Positions 1 to 10,086 of a stretch of DNA of 32,000 nt are shown piece by piece. The stretch lies in assembly GCF_000013905.1 (NCBI RefSeq), contig NC_007969.1, positions 1,920,001-1,952,000 on the forward strand. The letters run 5' to 3'. Each line of letters begins with the position of its first letter. Positions within the stretch are counted from its first letter, which is position 1. The stretch comes from Psychrobacter cryohalolentis K5. GTDB taxonomy: Bacteria; Pseudomonadota; Gammaproteobacteria; Pseudomonadales; Moraxellaceae. A program made the position numbers and the translations under genes. The notes beneath the pieces are model-generated. The model was not told where the DNA came from and did no database searches. It saw only the letters and a list, made by a program, of their open reading frames with translations.

Positions 1-1
1 C

Positions 2-1333
2 GTGGTTTCTACAACTAACGCGCAGCCATTGACGGTTAGAAATGGTGCACCGCCACCTTTATTATCATCTGGTTCATCGAAACCTACACTAAAGGCTGCA
101 ACATTACCCGAGCGCAATGTTCAATCGCCTAATATACGAGTACCTGTTATTCAAACGCCAAGTATCCAAGCGTCAAGCTCACAAATACCAAGCGTTCAGG
201 CAACGACTATACCCTCTGGCTTACCAACAGCAGTTGCAACAACGACACAAAGCAATATCACAACCTATGCGCCTAGCCGTTTAGAAAACGGTCGATTAAA
301 TAATCCTATTGATATAAAAAACGATAGTGTCATGGCGGTCGCAAATAATGACAATAATACAGCTTTAACCGTCTCATCAAATAGTACGCTTTCTGCTACT
401 AGCGAGACTGATAAACAGCTCGATATTTTAAACATACAAATTACTCGTCAGATACAGCCGAAGAGTCAAAGCAATACAGATATGATGGTTGCTAGTCCTA
501 TGGCTCCTAAAACCCTGACGCCGAATGAAGCAGCTTTCACCAATAAAAATAAAGCTATTATTCCAAATGATAGTAATAATATGGTCGCTACAGCCCCACT
601 CAACAATATTCCCCCTAACTCGAATGCTTGGCAGAAAGCAGTGACGCCTAAAACGTCGGCCGCAGCAAAAAACACTTCAAGGCAAGTATCAGATAATTCA
701 GCTAGTAGCGAGATCAATTATACCGTGCAGCGTAACGACAACTTGTGGGTGATTGCCCAGCAAATTGCAGAGAAGAACAATATCGACGTTCAAACCGTCA
801 TGAAAGAAATTCAGACGCAAAATCCTGACGCTTTTATCAATAGAAACGCCAATCAATTAAAAGCAGATGCACAGTTGAGTTTACCTAATTATGATGCGCT
901 ACCTTCACAGCAAAAACTTGAAGCTGCTATCAGTGCTCAAAGGCAATATAGAGGCGCCAATACACCTGTCGCAAAAAAACCAACTGCATCAAATCCTGTG
1001 TCCAAAGGTGACAATACGCAAGCAACAAAACATACTGAAAAGCCGGCGACCACTAAGACTCAAATTTTACCAAAGGCGCAGTTTTCTGTCCTTGCTCCCG
1101 GTCATGAAGGCAGCGCAGATGGCACTAAAACCAAAGCAGGCATAGCAACGGGTAACGGACTTAGCATGGAAGTGTTAGACCTGCTTAAATCATCAAGACA
1201 AAGTACTGCTTCACAAGCGCAGCAGTTATCAAAAACTAGTGGTACGCTTGAGAGCTATACTCGCAAATTACAATTACAAAATCGAAAACTGGCTGAGCTG
1301 CAAGCTCGTCTCAAAAAATTACGCAATCAATAA
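2..1333 (+). CDS. fimV: FimV/HubP-family protein, periplasmic N-terminal part with LysM domain (5' end outside window; ends at an in-frame TAA)
   Basis: The frame is open from the window edge. The LysM-type block YTVQRNDNLWVIAQQIAEKNNIDVQTVMKEIQTQNPDAFINRNANQLKADAQLSLP resembles the FimV peptidoglycan-binding module. The C-terminal end is coiled-coil-like (LQLQNRKLAELQARLKKLRNQ). truA lies downstream, as in Pseudomonas fimV-truA synteny. Confidence 0.7.
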   Translation: MVSTTNAQPLTVRNGAPPPLLSSGSSKPTLKAATLPERNVQSPNIRVPVIQTPSIQASSSQIPSVQATTIPSGLPTAVATTTQSNITTYAPSRLENGRLNNPIDIKNDSVMAVANNDNNTALTVSSNSTLSATSETDKQLDILNIQITRQIQPKSQSNTDMMVASPMAPKTLTPNEAAFTNKNKAIIPNDSNNMVATAPLNNIPPNSNAWQKAVTPKTSAAAKNTSRQVSDNSASSEINYTVQRNDNLWVIAQQIAEKNNIDVQTVMKEIQTQNPDAFINRNANQLKADAQLSLPNYDALPSQQKLEAAISAQRQYRGANTPVAKKPTASNPVSKGDNTQATKHTEKPATTKTQILPKAQFSVLAPGHEGSADGTKTKAGIATGNGLSMEVLDLLKSSRQSTASQAQQLSKTSGTLESYTRKLQLQNRKLAELQARLKKLRNQ

Positions 1334-1384
1334 CTGCCTAACAGATCAATGCAAGCAGCTCTGATCGTAGGCGTGGGAGTAACT

Positions 1385-3004
1385 ATGGACAATATGCTAT
1401 ATATCATCGCCGGATTGGTGGTTATTTTACTCGTTGCGGTCTTGGTCATGCGCAAAAACAAAGCGCAAAAGCCATCAGAGCATTTGAGTACAAATACTGG
1501 CAAAATTGAGCCCTTATCGAAGCATGCTGCTTCTAGAAGTACGCCTACTCAAACAGCTATCAATCATGAGAAAAAGTTTGATCATATTGAGATTGCTCAA
1601 CGTTTTATGGATCAACAGCGCTATGATAAAGCGATTGAAACGCTCAATCGCGGCTTAAGCGAAAAGCCAAATGATAGCCAATTATCTCTCAAGCTCCTTG
1701 CGGTATATGCCACGATAGATGAGTCTGAGAATTTCAATAAAGTCTATGATGCTATCAAAGCAAATAATGATGACAAAAGTATCGCACAAGCTGATGAGTT
1801 AAAAGCTTTGCTGACTGAAGAACAAAACCAAGTCACTAAACAAACTATGTTAGCAGACAAAAGCGAAGATGCTGGATTTGAAAGTTTAGATTTTGATCTG
1901 CCGACCAATAAAGCGAGCAGCAATAGTCCAATCCTTGATACTAATACGGTTCAAAATGTTGAATACAAAAACGACTTGTCAGAGGCTACTAATGAAACCT
2001 TAGCAGCTTCGAATGCTTTTGATGATAATAATTTCGATGATATTGAGCAAGCGTTTGATCTTAGTCTGAGTGATTTAGAAGATGGCACTAATAAATCTGT
2101 CCATACTAGTAATAACTCGGCACCTGTCACCACGCTTGATGTAGTAGATGAAGATATTTTTGCGCCTGCAACTGTGGTTATAGACACTGATAATAGTCCT
2201 ATTACTGACAGTGACAGTGATTTTGATTTTGATTTTGAATTATCTGAGCACAGTCTTGCATCTACAGAGACTCCCACCAATGACGCTACCGATGATAGTT
2301 TTAACAGCAGCTTAAATGAGCTATCATTAGAAGATGACTTTGTCTTAGATTTAAACAGTGACGCCGATACCAATAACGTTATCAATAATGCGCCTGTCAC
2401 AACAGAGACAACTTATTTAGATGATGACCATCTGACCTTATCTTTACACAGTAAAGATGTGTCGAATGAGACGCCAGATCAAATAGAAATTCAGCATTCT
2501 ATTGTCGAAGATAATTTTGAAGATTTTAGTTTCGAAGACGCAAATATTGAAGATACAAATATTGAAGGTATCAGCGCCGAAGAAACAAATAGCACAAAAA
2601 ATGAGTCCGACGCTTCTAGCAGTGCCCCTACTACTCTGATGTTCGATGACGATACGGTAATAGACGATGATTTTGACTTTGATTCTTTATCTTTATCAGA
2701 GTCTACAACAGCAAGCACACCAGTTGAAGTTGATAGCGAATATGCCAATACTCATCTCGACAATGCTATTGATATAGCTCCTGCAGCCGACACTAGCAGT
2801 ACTGAAGATTTTTCGTCACGGTTCGCAGCAGACTTTGATTTTGTTAAATCCTTAGACAGCAATCAAGTAACACTAGATTTAGCAGGTCAATACGTGCAGC
2901 TTGGCGAATATGATAGCGCCAAACGCCTACTTAATGAAGTCATTGCTAAAGGTAATGATGAACAGCAGCAGCAAGCACAACGATTGCTTGATCGCACTGC
3001 TTAA
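1385..3004 (+). CDS. fimV: FimV-family C-terminal part: TM anchor, very acidic cytoplasmic region, FimV C-terminal TPR-like motif
   Basis: Same reading frame as 2..1333. GGGAG (1375-1379) lies 5 nt upstream of ATG 1385; ATG 1349 is an alternative start. TM helix MLYIIAGLVVILLVAVLVM is followed by RKNK. The body is D/E/S/N-rich with DFDF motifs. The C-terminal LDLAGQYVQLGEYDSAKRLLNEVIAKGNDEQQQQAQRLL matches the conserved FimV C-terminal motif. Confidence 0.7.
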   Translation: MDNMLYIIAGLVVILLVAVLVMRKNKAQKPSEHLSTNTGKIEPLSKHAASRSTPTQTAINHEKKFDHIEIAQRFMDQQRYDKAIETLNRGLSEKPNDSQLSLKLLAVYATIDESENFNKVYDAIKANNDDKSIAQADELKALLTEEQNQVTKQTMLADKSEDAGFESLDFDLPTNKASSNSPILDTNTVQNVEYKNDLSEATNETLAASNAFDDNNFDDIEQAFDLSLSDLEDGTNKSVHTSNNSAPVTTLDVVDEDIFAPATVVIDTDNSPITDSDSDFDFDFELSEHSLASTETPTNDATDDSFNSSLNELSLEDDFVLDLNSDADTNNVINNAPVTTETTYLDDDHLTLSLHSKDVSNETPDQIEIQHSIVEDNFEDFSFEDANIEDTNIEGISAEETNSTKNESDASSSAPTTLMFDDDTVIDDDFDFDSLSLSESTTASTPVEVDSEYANTHLDNAIDIAPAADTSSTEDFSSRFAADFDFVKSLDSNQVTLDLAGQYVQLGEYDSAKRLLNEVIAKGNDEQQQQAQRLLDRTA

Positions 3005-3020
3005 AATAAATGGTGTGATA

Positions 3021-3050
3021 GCGAGTATTCTAGCCACTTAGAATACTCGC
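3021..3050 (+). terminator. Hairpin downstream of fimV (possible terminator, no clean T-run)
   Basis: Perfect 12-bp stem GCGAGTATTCTA / TAGAATACTCGC with a 6-nt loop, 17 nt after the stop. It is followed by TGCATTT rather than a U-tract. Confidence 0.5.
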
Positions 3051-3160
3051 TGCATTTAGAATAATGGTGCTTTTTCTATCTCTTCTCTAGCAATGATTTC
3101 TCTTTCAATAATTCTGCTCTATCGTCTATGTAATTTAAAACCAATACAGTGCACTCATCT

Positions 3161-4246
3161 ATGACAAATACAATCCCTGTACCTATCCAACTTATTTATG
3201 CTGGCGGCACTTTTGGGAGTTATGGTCGTCCATTAGCGCCGCTATCAGCAGAGGTTTTTTTGCCAACTTTGCAGCAACTACTGGCAGAATCGGATAATGC
3301 GCTTAATCTATCGCCCATTGCTTGGCTTCACAATACTCTGATTAAGGACAGCAGTCAGTTTACACCCAGTGATTTTGTGCATTTTTACCAGCTTTTATTG
3401 TCGGCATATCAACAAGGCAGTAGACGTTTTGTGTTAATTACGGGCACGGATACACTCAGTTATTTGGGAGCGTTCTTAGCAGAAGCCTTTGCAGGTAGCG
3501 ATATTTGTATTGTCGTTACTGGTAGTATGCGTCCGCTCCTAGATAGTGAGGAACTGCACTCTTATAAAGTAGATGCACAGAGTGATGCTTGGAACAACCT
3601 TACTGACTCGTTAAAGCTAGCAAGTGCAGGTGAATCTGGGGTGAAGATTGCCTTCGGCGGCGAATCATGGCCAGCGCAAACGGTGCAAAAAATACATAGC
3701 CATGACTTTATGGCATTTACTGGTCACTCTAGAGCGGCTTATCCTGCCAATAGCTATGTCAAAAGCTTACCAGATACTCGTCGGCAGCACTGGCTTGATG
3801 ACCAACAAGATATTAGTGCTGATATTGCAGTTCGTGCCAAGCACGCTTACGTTCATGCGTTGTACTGTTTGCCCAATGCAACCGACGCTTTAAACCAACA
3901 GCTGCGCGCCTTATTAACACAGCCGCCTTGTGGCATTATTTTATTAGGCTATGGCGCTGGCAACGTCCCTTACTCAGTAAAGTTGGCAGAAGCCTTGCAA
4001 CTGGCTTATGAAAAAGGTCATATGGTAGTGTGCGCTAGCCAATCGCCGTTTGGTGGTGTGAGCGACACTTATGCTGCGGGCAGTTGGCAATACGATTATC
4101 AAGTGGTTGCAGGCGGTCGTTTAACCATTCCGGCCATTTATGCACGCTTGCTATGGTTACTGCTACGCTACGATAGCCCAGCAAGGCGTCGACAACGCTG
4201 GTTAAATAACGTCCAGCAAACGGCCACCAGTATCAAAAAACGTTAA
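3161..4246 (+). CDS. L-asparaginase/glutaminase family protein (type I-like)
   Basis: N-terminal IYAGGTFGS (the asparaginase GGT Thr motif), ITGTDTLSY (the GTDT motif) and GYGAGNVP near the C-terminal domain. GTG 3149 is an alternative start. Confidence 0.65.
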   Translation: MTNTIPVPIQLIYAGGTFGSYGRPLAPLSAEVFLPTLQQLLAESDNALNLSPIAWLHNTLIKDSSQFTPSDFVHFYQLLLSAYQQGSRRFVLITGTDTLSYLGAFLAEAFAGSDICIVVTGSMRPLLDSEELHSYKVDAQSDAWNNLTDSLKLASAGESGVKIAFGGESWPAQTVQKIHSHDFMAFTGHSRAAYPANSYVKSLPDTRRQHWLDDQQDISADIAVRAKHAYVHALYCLPNATDALNQQLRALLTQPPCGIILLGYGAGNVPYSVKLAEALQLAYEKGHMVVCASQSPFGGVSDTYAAGSWQYDYQVVAGGRLTIPAIYARLLWLLLRYDSPARRRQRWLNNVQQTATSIKKR

Positions 4247-4279
4247 ACTATCACTCACAAACTCTGTATAAGTTCCAAA

Positions 4280-5122
4280 ATGACCATATCCATGACTGAA
4301 AACAACGAAGCAAAGCGCCCAATTTATACCTTAGCCATTGCTATTGAATTTTTGGGCACTCACTATCATGGTTGGCAACGCCAAAGAGAGGTACTTGGCG
4401 TACAAGAAGCGTTAGAGACCGCCATTAGTACTGTTGCCAATGAACCAGTAGAAGTGATTGCTGCAGGGCGCACAGACTCAAGTGTTCATGCTGGCAATAT
4501 GATTGCCCATTTTGTTACTCATGCTTATCGACCCTCGCACAATTGGCTGCGTGGTGTAAATAGTCTTTTGCCTGATGATATCGCTTTACGCTGGGTTCAG
4601 CCGATGCCTGCTGACTTTCATGCTCGCTTTGCCGCTATTGCCCGTCGTTATCGCTACATTACTCTAAACCAAACTCAGCGTCCTGCTATCCTCAATCATC
4701 AGGTGACACATATTCATGAGCCGCTTGATCTAAAAGCCATGCAGCTCGCAGCAGCTGATATCGTTGGTACACATGATTTTAGTAGCTACCGTGCTGCTGC
4801 TTGCCAATCCAATCAGCCTGTGCGCCATATTAGCCATGCCAACCTATTTGCTCATGGTCAGTTTATCGTCTTCGATATTCAAGCTGATGGGTTTTTGCAC
4901 CATATGGTGCGAAACCTGATGGGTACGCTATATGCCATCGGTAGACATGAATTAGAACCAGCTGACTTTTTAAATATCTTGGCTAAAAAGGATCGTACGA
5001 TAGCGCCGCCTACCGCTTCTGGTGATGGACTATATTTTATTAATGCCTATTATCCTGAGCATTTTCAAACCTTACTGCCAAATGCGCCACTCACCCCTAT
5101 TTGGCTCAACCTGCCCGATTAG
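4280..5122 (+). CDS. truA: tRNA pseudouridine(38-40) synthase TruA
   Basis: Shows GWQRQ, the catalytic-Asp motif AAGRTDSSVHA, and the HDFSSYRAA and FLHHMVRNLMG blocks typical of TruA. Length is about 280 aa. Confidence 0.9.
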   Translation: MTISMTENNEAKRPIYTLAIAIEFLGTHYHGWQRQREVLGVQEALETAISTVANEPVEVIAAGRTDSSVHAGNMIAHFVTHAYRPSHNWLRGVNSLLPDDIALRWVQPMPADFHARFAAIARRYRYITLNQTQRPAILNHQVTHIHEPLDLKAMQLAAADIVGTHDFSSYRAAACQSNQPVRHISHANLFAHGQFIVFDIQADGFLHHMVRNLMGTLYAIGRHELEPADFLNILAKKDRTIAPPTASGDGLYFINAYYPEHFQTLLPNAPLTPIWLNLPD

Positions 5123-5182
5123 ATTAATATAATCTGGCATACATATCACTTACAGGCTGTCAAGTAAAAATCAGGTTCCGTA

Positions 5183-5211
5183 TTGCTTTAATCTGCTAAC
5201 TTACGTATAAT
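5183..5211 (+). promoter_or_regulatory. Sigma70-like promoter for infA
   Basis: TTGCTT (5183-5188), a 17-nt spacer, then a perfect TATAAT (5206-5211), about 35 nt upstream of the infA ATG. Confidence 0.55.
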
Positions 5212-5246
5212 ATGGGCTTATTTTAAATTGATTGATGATACAAATT

Positions 5247-5468
5247 ATGGCAAAAGACGAGATTATTGAATTTGAAGGCGAAGTCATTGACACCCTTCCA
5301 AATACTTTGTTTAAAGTTCGTTTAGAAAACGGACACGAAATCATTGCGCACATTTCAGGTAAGATGCGTAAGCATTACATCCGAATTTTGACTGGTGATA
5401 AAGTTAAGGTTGAGATGACACCTTATGATTTGTCTAAAGGTCGCATTACTTACCGTGGTAAAAACTAA
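5247..5468 (+). CDS. infA: Translation initiation factor IF-1
   Basis: [72 protein letters not shown] is near-canonical IF-1, 73 aa. The ORF-track start at 5232 is an upstream extension. Confidence 0.95.
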   Translation: MAKDEIIEFEGEVIDTLPNTLFKVRLENGHEIIAHISGKMRKHYIRILTGDKVKVEMTPYDLSKGRITYRGKN

Positions 5469-5600
5469 ATTCTTATCTACTAAGATAGTTATAAGAGCAT
5501 ATGTATAATGCTTGAGTGGTTTAACTGATAATAATAATGATACTGCTAACCTACTCATTATTGCCTATCATATTTTAGTAAGTTAATATGGTTTTACCAT

Positions 5601-5634
5601 AAAAAATACCGCTAGATATCAGCGGTATTTTTTT
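5601..5634. terminator. Bidirectional intrinsic terminator shared by infA (+) and the L,D-transpeptidase gene (-)
   Basis: A6 run, stem ATACCGCT / AGCGGTAT (5606-5613 / 5621-5628) with a 7-nt loop, then a T-run. It lies between two convergent genes. Confidence 0.85.
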
Positions 5635-5650
5635 GTCTAGAGTTTAGCCG

Positions 5651-6826
5651 TTATTTAAATTCAACAGTTGCACCACTTTGTATCACCCCAAGTAATGCAA
5701 GCGCATCCCAATTGGTTAGACGTATACACCCTGCTGATGCCTGACGACTGATACGAGCAGGATCGGGCGAACCATGAATCCCATAAGACGGTTTACTGAG
5801 TCCAATCCATACCGAACCTACAGGGTTGTTAGGACCGGGTGGCAAAATAGACTTGCTACCGTTCTCTGCTGTATAAGTATAATTAGGCTCGTGTACCTTA
5901 ACTGCAACCGTATGCGTGCCTGTTGGTGATGGCGTCGCTGTACTTCCTACTGTGGTTGGATAGCTAGCAACCAAGATGCCTTTATCATCATATGCATACA
6001 ATGTTTCGGTAGCCTTATCAGCAACCACTCGACTAACAGGTTTGATATTAGGATTGCCTGGATTGTAGACAGTGATGGTTTCGCCTAGTGCAAATTTAGC
6101 ATTAGGATTAAGCGCCTTAAGATAACTTTCACTGATATGAAACTTTTCCGCCAAACCTTCAATGACAGTTTCATAGTACATCCCTTCAAGCTTGGATTTG
6201 GCTTCTGCTCCTGCTGGAATAACCGTGGTTTTTATATTGATATCTGCATCAGTGAGCTGATAGTTGACCAATACCGGTTGTGCCATAAGCTTATCATTCT
6301 TGGTCAATGCCTGCCACGTCTCAATATTCAATGTATCGGTCACTGCCAACCCATTTGCCATCTGAAAAGCCTGCATCGCCTTACGAGAGTTCTTTCCCCA
6401 ATAGCCATCAACTGCACCAACACCGTTTTGATGCCAGTTTAATAGAGCTTGCAGCTTAGTGGTAGTATCACGATTTCTCTTCATACCTTGTTTCCAAGTA
6501 GCACTATTTACCTTTTGCGCCTCCATTGGTAGATTTTCAGTGGTATATTTTATGGTCGGTAAAAACTTATTCAACGATACTGCTGTCTTACTTTTACCAG
6601 CAACTTTTTGACTTACGCCATTGGTTACTGGGCTGACATCGTTGTTATTACTAGTTACTTGATTTTTACTATTAGACTCTGTGCTCTTAGTGGCAGTACC
6701 TTTTGCACTTCCTTCAACCGTGTCATTTTTGACATCGCTCGTTACTGCAATACTTTGCCCCATAAATAAAATGGTCGATAGACCAAGCGCTGCGATTGCC
6801 GTGCTGATTTTGGTCAATTGATACAT
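5651..6826 (-). CDS. L,D-transpeptidase (YkuD/ErfK family) with N-terminal signal peptide and PG-binding domain
   Basis: C-terminal YkuD catalytic block IHGSPDPARISRQASAGCIRLTNWD (His...Cys). PG_binding_1-like block LQALLNWHQNGVGAVDGYWGKNSRKAMQAFQMANGL. Hydrophobic N-terminal signal sequence. Confidence 0.85.
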   Translation of the reverse strand: MYQLTKISTAIAALGLSTILFMGQSIAVTSDVKNDTVEGSAKGTATKSTESNSKNQVTSNNNDVSPVTNGVSQKVAGKSKTAVSLNKFLPTIKYTTENLPMEAQKVNSATWKQGMKRNRDTTTKLQALLNWHQNGVGAVDGYWGKNSRKAMQAFQMANGLAVTDTLNIETWQALTKNDKLMAQPVLVNYQLTDADINIKTTVIPAGAEAKSKLEGMYYETVIEGLAEKFHISESYLKALNPNAKFALGETITVYNPGNPNIKPVSRVVADKATETLYAYDDKGILVASYPTTVGSTATPSPTGTHTVAVKVHEPNYTYTAENGSKSILPPGPNNPVGSVWIGLSKPSYGIHGSPDPARISRQASAGCIRLTNWDALALLGVIQSGATVEFK

Positions 6827-7190
6827 GTATTACTCCAATTTGTTAAGTTATATTTTTTATTACAAACAATTTATAAGTAATTATAAAATTATTACCATTA
6901 ATGCCTAATTAGGATTATATAATTAGTTCAACATACCATATGTCCATGTCAAAAAGCCTGTGACTAGTATAGGACTGATTTTACAATGTGGATTGAGCCA
7001 GTAGACATTGATTTATCTAAACCAGTTATAGATAAGCTATGGTGACATATTCCCATGTGAGCATATAACAGCATTGTGTTAATAAGCGCATTAGACTGCA
7101 GTATCTGTGTTAAAACAAATGCTTTTATGCAGCTTTCTGTTTAAAGACGTTAACATTAGCGAACGCTTCTCTTCTCTAAAAGCGAACAGT

Positions 7191-7225
7191 AAAAAACCCA
7201 TAACTTGCTTAGCAAATTATGGGTT
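7191..7225 (-). terminator. Intrinsic terminator of leuB
   Basis: On the minus strand: 14-bp stem AACCCATAATTTGC / GCAAGTTATGGGTT (one mismatch), a 3-nt loop, then TTTTTT. It lies about 50 nt after the leuB stop. Confidence 0.85.
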
Positions 7226-7273
7226 CATTATTATAAATTTTCAAAAATTCAGATTAGGATAAAGTAATCTCTA

Positions 7274-8377
7274 TTAAATCAATTTTGCCAATACGGCTTG
7301 TCCCATTTGCTGACAACCGACTTGTATAAGTCCAGCTTCATTACGATCCAAGATATCGACCGTACGTAAGCCATCATCAAGCACATCACTGACCGCTTGT
7401 TCAATCGCTTGTGCTGCTGCTTCTTGTTTAAAAGTATAACGTAACATCATAGAAACCGATAAAATGGTCGCTAGTGGATTGGCTATATCTTGTCCTGCGA
7501 TATCAGGCGCTGAACCATGACAAGGCTCATACATGCCTTTGCCCGCTTCATCAAGGCTGGCTGATGGCAGCATGCCAATAGAACCCGTCAGCATCGCTGC
7601 TTCATCAGATAAGATATCACCAAACAGATTGCCAGTGACCATAACATCGAATTGTTTGGGGTCTTTAATCAGCTGCATACAAGCATTGTCAGCATACATA
7701 TGAGATAACGCCACATCGCTATACTCTGACTGCTGTAATTCAATCATCGTCTGTTTCCAAAGCTCAGTAACTTCCAATACATTGGCTTTGTCGATAGAGC
7801 AGACTTTGGCAGCGGTTCCTGCTGCTTGCGCGCGTGTTTGCGCCAATTCAAAAGCAACTTTGCCAATACGATTGATTTCGCTAGTGCTATACACCATGGT
7901 GTTATAGCCTTGCTGCTCACCATTTTCTAGTGTACGAATACCCCGCGGCTCACCAAAATAAATACCACCAGTTAATTCACGCACGATCAGCAAATCTAGA
8001 CCTGAGATAATCTCAGGTTTAATGCTTGAAGCATTCACAAGCTGCGGATAAAGTTTGGCTACACGCAGATTGGCAAACAAACCAAGCTCACTACGGATTT
8101 TTAGCAAACCGCGCTCAGGACGTTTACTACGTTCGATACCATCCCACTTAGGACCACCAACTGCACCTAATAACACTGCATCTGCTGCGCGTGCACGTTG
8201 TAGCGTCTCTTCTGGCAAAGGTTCACCTGTTGAATCAACTGCCACACCGCCGATCAATCCAGACTCAAGGGTCAAACCTAACGCAAACTTATCATTGACA
8301 GCGTTCAGCACATCAATGGCCTGAGTCATGATTTCAGGGCCAATACCATCGCCCGCTAATGTTAAAATCGTTGCCAT
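7274..8377 (-). CDS. leuB: 3-isopropylmalate dehydrogenase
   Basis: [14 protein letters not shown]-terminus, the [26 protein letters not shown] block and [19 protein letters not shown] lies 5 nt upstream of the ATG. Confidence 0.95.
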   Translation of the reverse strand: MATILTLAGDGIGPEIMTQAIDVLNAVNDKFALGLTLESGLIGGVAVDSTGEPLPEETLQRARAADAVLLGAVGGPKWDGIERSKRPERGLLKIRSELGLFANLRVAKLYPQLVNASSIKPEIISGLDLLIVRELTGGIYFGEPRGIRTLENGEQQGYNTMVYSTSEINRIGKVAFELAQTRAQAAGTAAKVCSIDKANVLEVTELWKQTMIELQQSEYSDVALSHMYADNACMQLIKDPKQFDVMVTGNLFGDILSDEAAMLTGSIGMLPSASLDEAGKGMYEPCHGSAPDIAGQDIANPLATILSVSMMLRYTFKQEAAAQAIEQAVSDVLDDGLRTVDILDRNEAGLIQVGCQQMGQAVLAKLI

Positions 8378-8467
8378 ACTGGTCCTTGAGGTTGAGTAAA
8401 TTTATATATCTATAACTTATTTTATACTTGCTTTTGTTTTTAGCTAATAACGATAGGATTTTAATAA

Positions 8468-9214
8468 TTACACTTTGGCTTTTACCTTTACTTTTAATGG
8501 CACTGATGCCGCCTTAACGATACTGGCTTCTACAAACTCTCCTTGATGCTCAGTGCCAATCTGCTTGCAAAAGCGGCGCTGCACGGTATTGCCTTGATAA
8601 AGCTCAACACATAAAGGCTCTGGCGATGCTGTATCTAACAAGCTACCGGAGCTCTGGCCAGACTTTTTTTGATAAGCACGCAGCTGATAAGTGCCGGGGC
8701 CAGCAAAGTCATGAATCATAGCAAAACGCTCGACATAACCTAGATTATTTTCTGGATAAAAATTAACGTGCACTTCACGTTTAGCGGGTTTGACCCGAGC
8801 ATAATAGTTAATAAGATTTGGCATAGCAGACGCTGATAATGGCACAATCTTAATGGCATTATTATGAATAAGCGGCGTCATATCCATCGTCATAGCAGCT
8901 TGAGAATGCTTACTTCTTGTGCGAGTTTTATTGTTTTGGCTCGCAGCATTCATCGCAACCACCATGGTGGCATTCACAGGTTTGTGATTTTCAGGCGATA
9001 TCACCATCGTGCGATCTATCTTTACAATCTCACAGTGGTAGGTGCCGACACAGGCAATATTTACCTCGCCAGCGATGGGCTTAATAGTACCCGTCCATAC
9101 CTTTGCGCTTTCTGCTTTATCTATCTGTTGATAGCCTGTCAATGCCTGACAACCAGATAATAAGGTTATGGCAATAGCCGTACTTGTCCATACCGCAAAA
9201 CGTATTTTATTCAT
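8468..9214 (-). CDS. Hypothetical lipoprotein (function unknown) located between leuD and leuB
   Basis: Signal peptide ending in the lipobox LLSGC (MNKIRFAVWTSTAIAITLLSGCQA). 248-aa ORF on the same strand as the leu genes. I recognise no family motif. Confidence 0.6.
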   Translation of the reverse strand: MNKIRFAVWTSTAIAITLLSGCQALTGYQQIDKAESAKVWTGTIKPIAGEVNIACVGTYHCEIVKIDRTMVISPENHKPVNATMVVAMNAASQNNKTRTRSKHSQAAMTMDMTPLIHNNAIKIVPLSASAMPNLINYYARVKPAKREVHVNFYPENNLGYVERFAMIHDFAGPGTYQLRAYQKKSGQSSGSLLDTASPEPLCVELYQGNTVQRRFCKQIGTEHQGEFVEASIVKAASVPLKVKVKAKV

Positions 9215-9388
9215 AATGGTGGCTACTATTTATCAGATGGAAATATATAATATAAGAATAGATTACCGTTCATTTTAGCCACTTAGTCGCCATAACTCAA
9301 CGCTGTATTAGCGCTAAGCTCGTTTTTATGGCGATTCATATTCGTTATTAATCGTTTGCCATTAGCGGTTTTATTTCATGCTTAAACA

Positions 9389-10039
9389 CTAGGCTCTGAC
9401 TTCATTAAATATCCAAGGCGTTTTTTGCATCATTTTTTGCTCGTATTCTTTAATAGCATCGCTTTGCTGCAACGTCAGTCCAATATCATCAAGACCATTT
9501 AATAGGCAATGCTTACGGAAGTCATCGACTTCAAACGCATACTCTTCGCCAGTTGGGGTGATGACCACCTGACGCTCAAGATCTGCAGTCAATTCATAGC
9601 CTTCGTTGGCAAACGTGGCTTTCATTAGGCTATCAACGATTTCTTCATCCAATACAATCGGTAGCATGCCATTTTTAAAACAGTTGTTATAAAAAATATC
9701 GGCAAAGCTTGGTGCAATGACTGTACGAAAGCCATACTCTGAAAGCGCCCAAGGCGCGTGTTCACGGCTAGAGCCACAGCCAAAGTTACGGCGCGCCAGT
9801 AAGATACTAGCGCCTTGATATCGTGGTTTATTTAAAATAAAGTCAGGATTGATAACACGTGTGCTATTGTCTTGTCCCGGATACCCTTCATCCAGATAAC
9901 GCCAATCATCAAATAAATTGACGCCAAAACCGGTACGCTTAATAGACTTCAAAAACTGTTTTGCGATAATCTGGTCGGTATCGACGTTTGCACGATCAAG
10001 TGGGCAAACGATGCCTGTTTGGGTGTTATAAGCTTGCAT
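9389..10039 (-). CDS. leuD: 3-isopropylmalate dehydratase small subunit
   Basis: [17 protein letters not shown] and [15 protein letters not shown] motifs. AGGAAA lies 4 nt upstream of ATG 10039; the ORF-track start at 10054 is an extension. Confidence 0.93.
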
Positions 10040-10086
10040 AGTATTTCCTATCAATATTGTGCTTATTGTTAAATGACGCGTAATAT

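Noticed and set aside
466-1145. Short ORFs 466..717 (-) and 891..1145 (+) overlapping the first FimV segment
   Set aside because: They are fully nested in a longer frame with a recognisable LysM domain. Their composition is typical of off-frame translation.
2219-2236. (GATTTT)3 coding microsatellite encoding DFDFDF in FimV
   Set aside because: It is in-frame, and acidic DF repeats recur throughout this FimV region. It is typical low-complexity composition for the family rather than a separate feature.
1951-2748. Minus-strand ORFs 1951..2400 (149 aa) and 2491..2748 (85 aa) inside fimV
   Set aside because: These are Ser/Leu/Lys-rich shadow frames, antisense to the Asp/Glu/Asn-rich low-complexity FimV region. 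They show no RBS or family motif. The plus-strand frame has clear FimV signatures.
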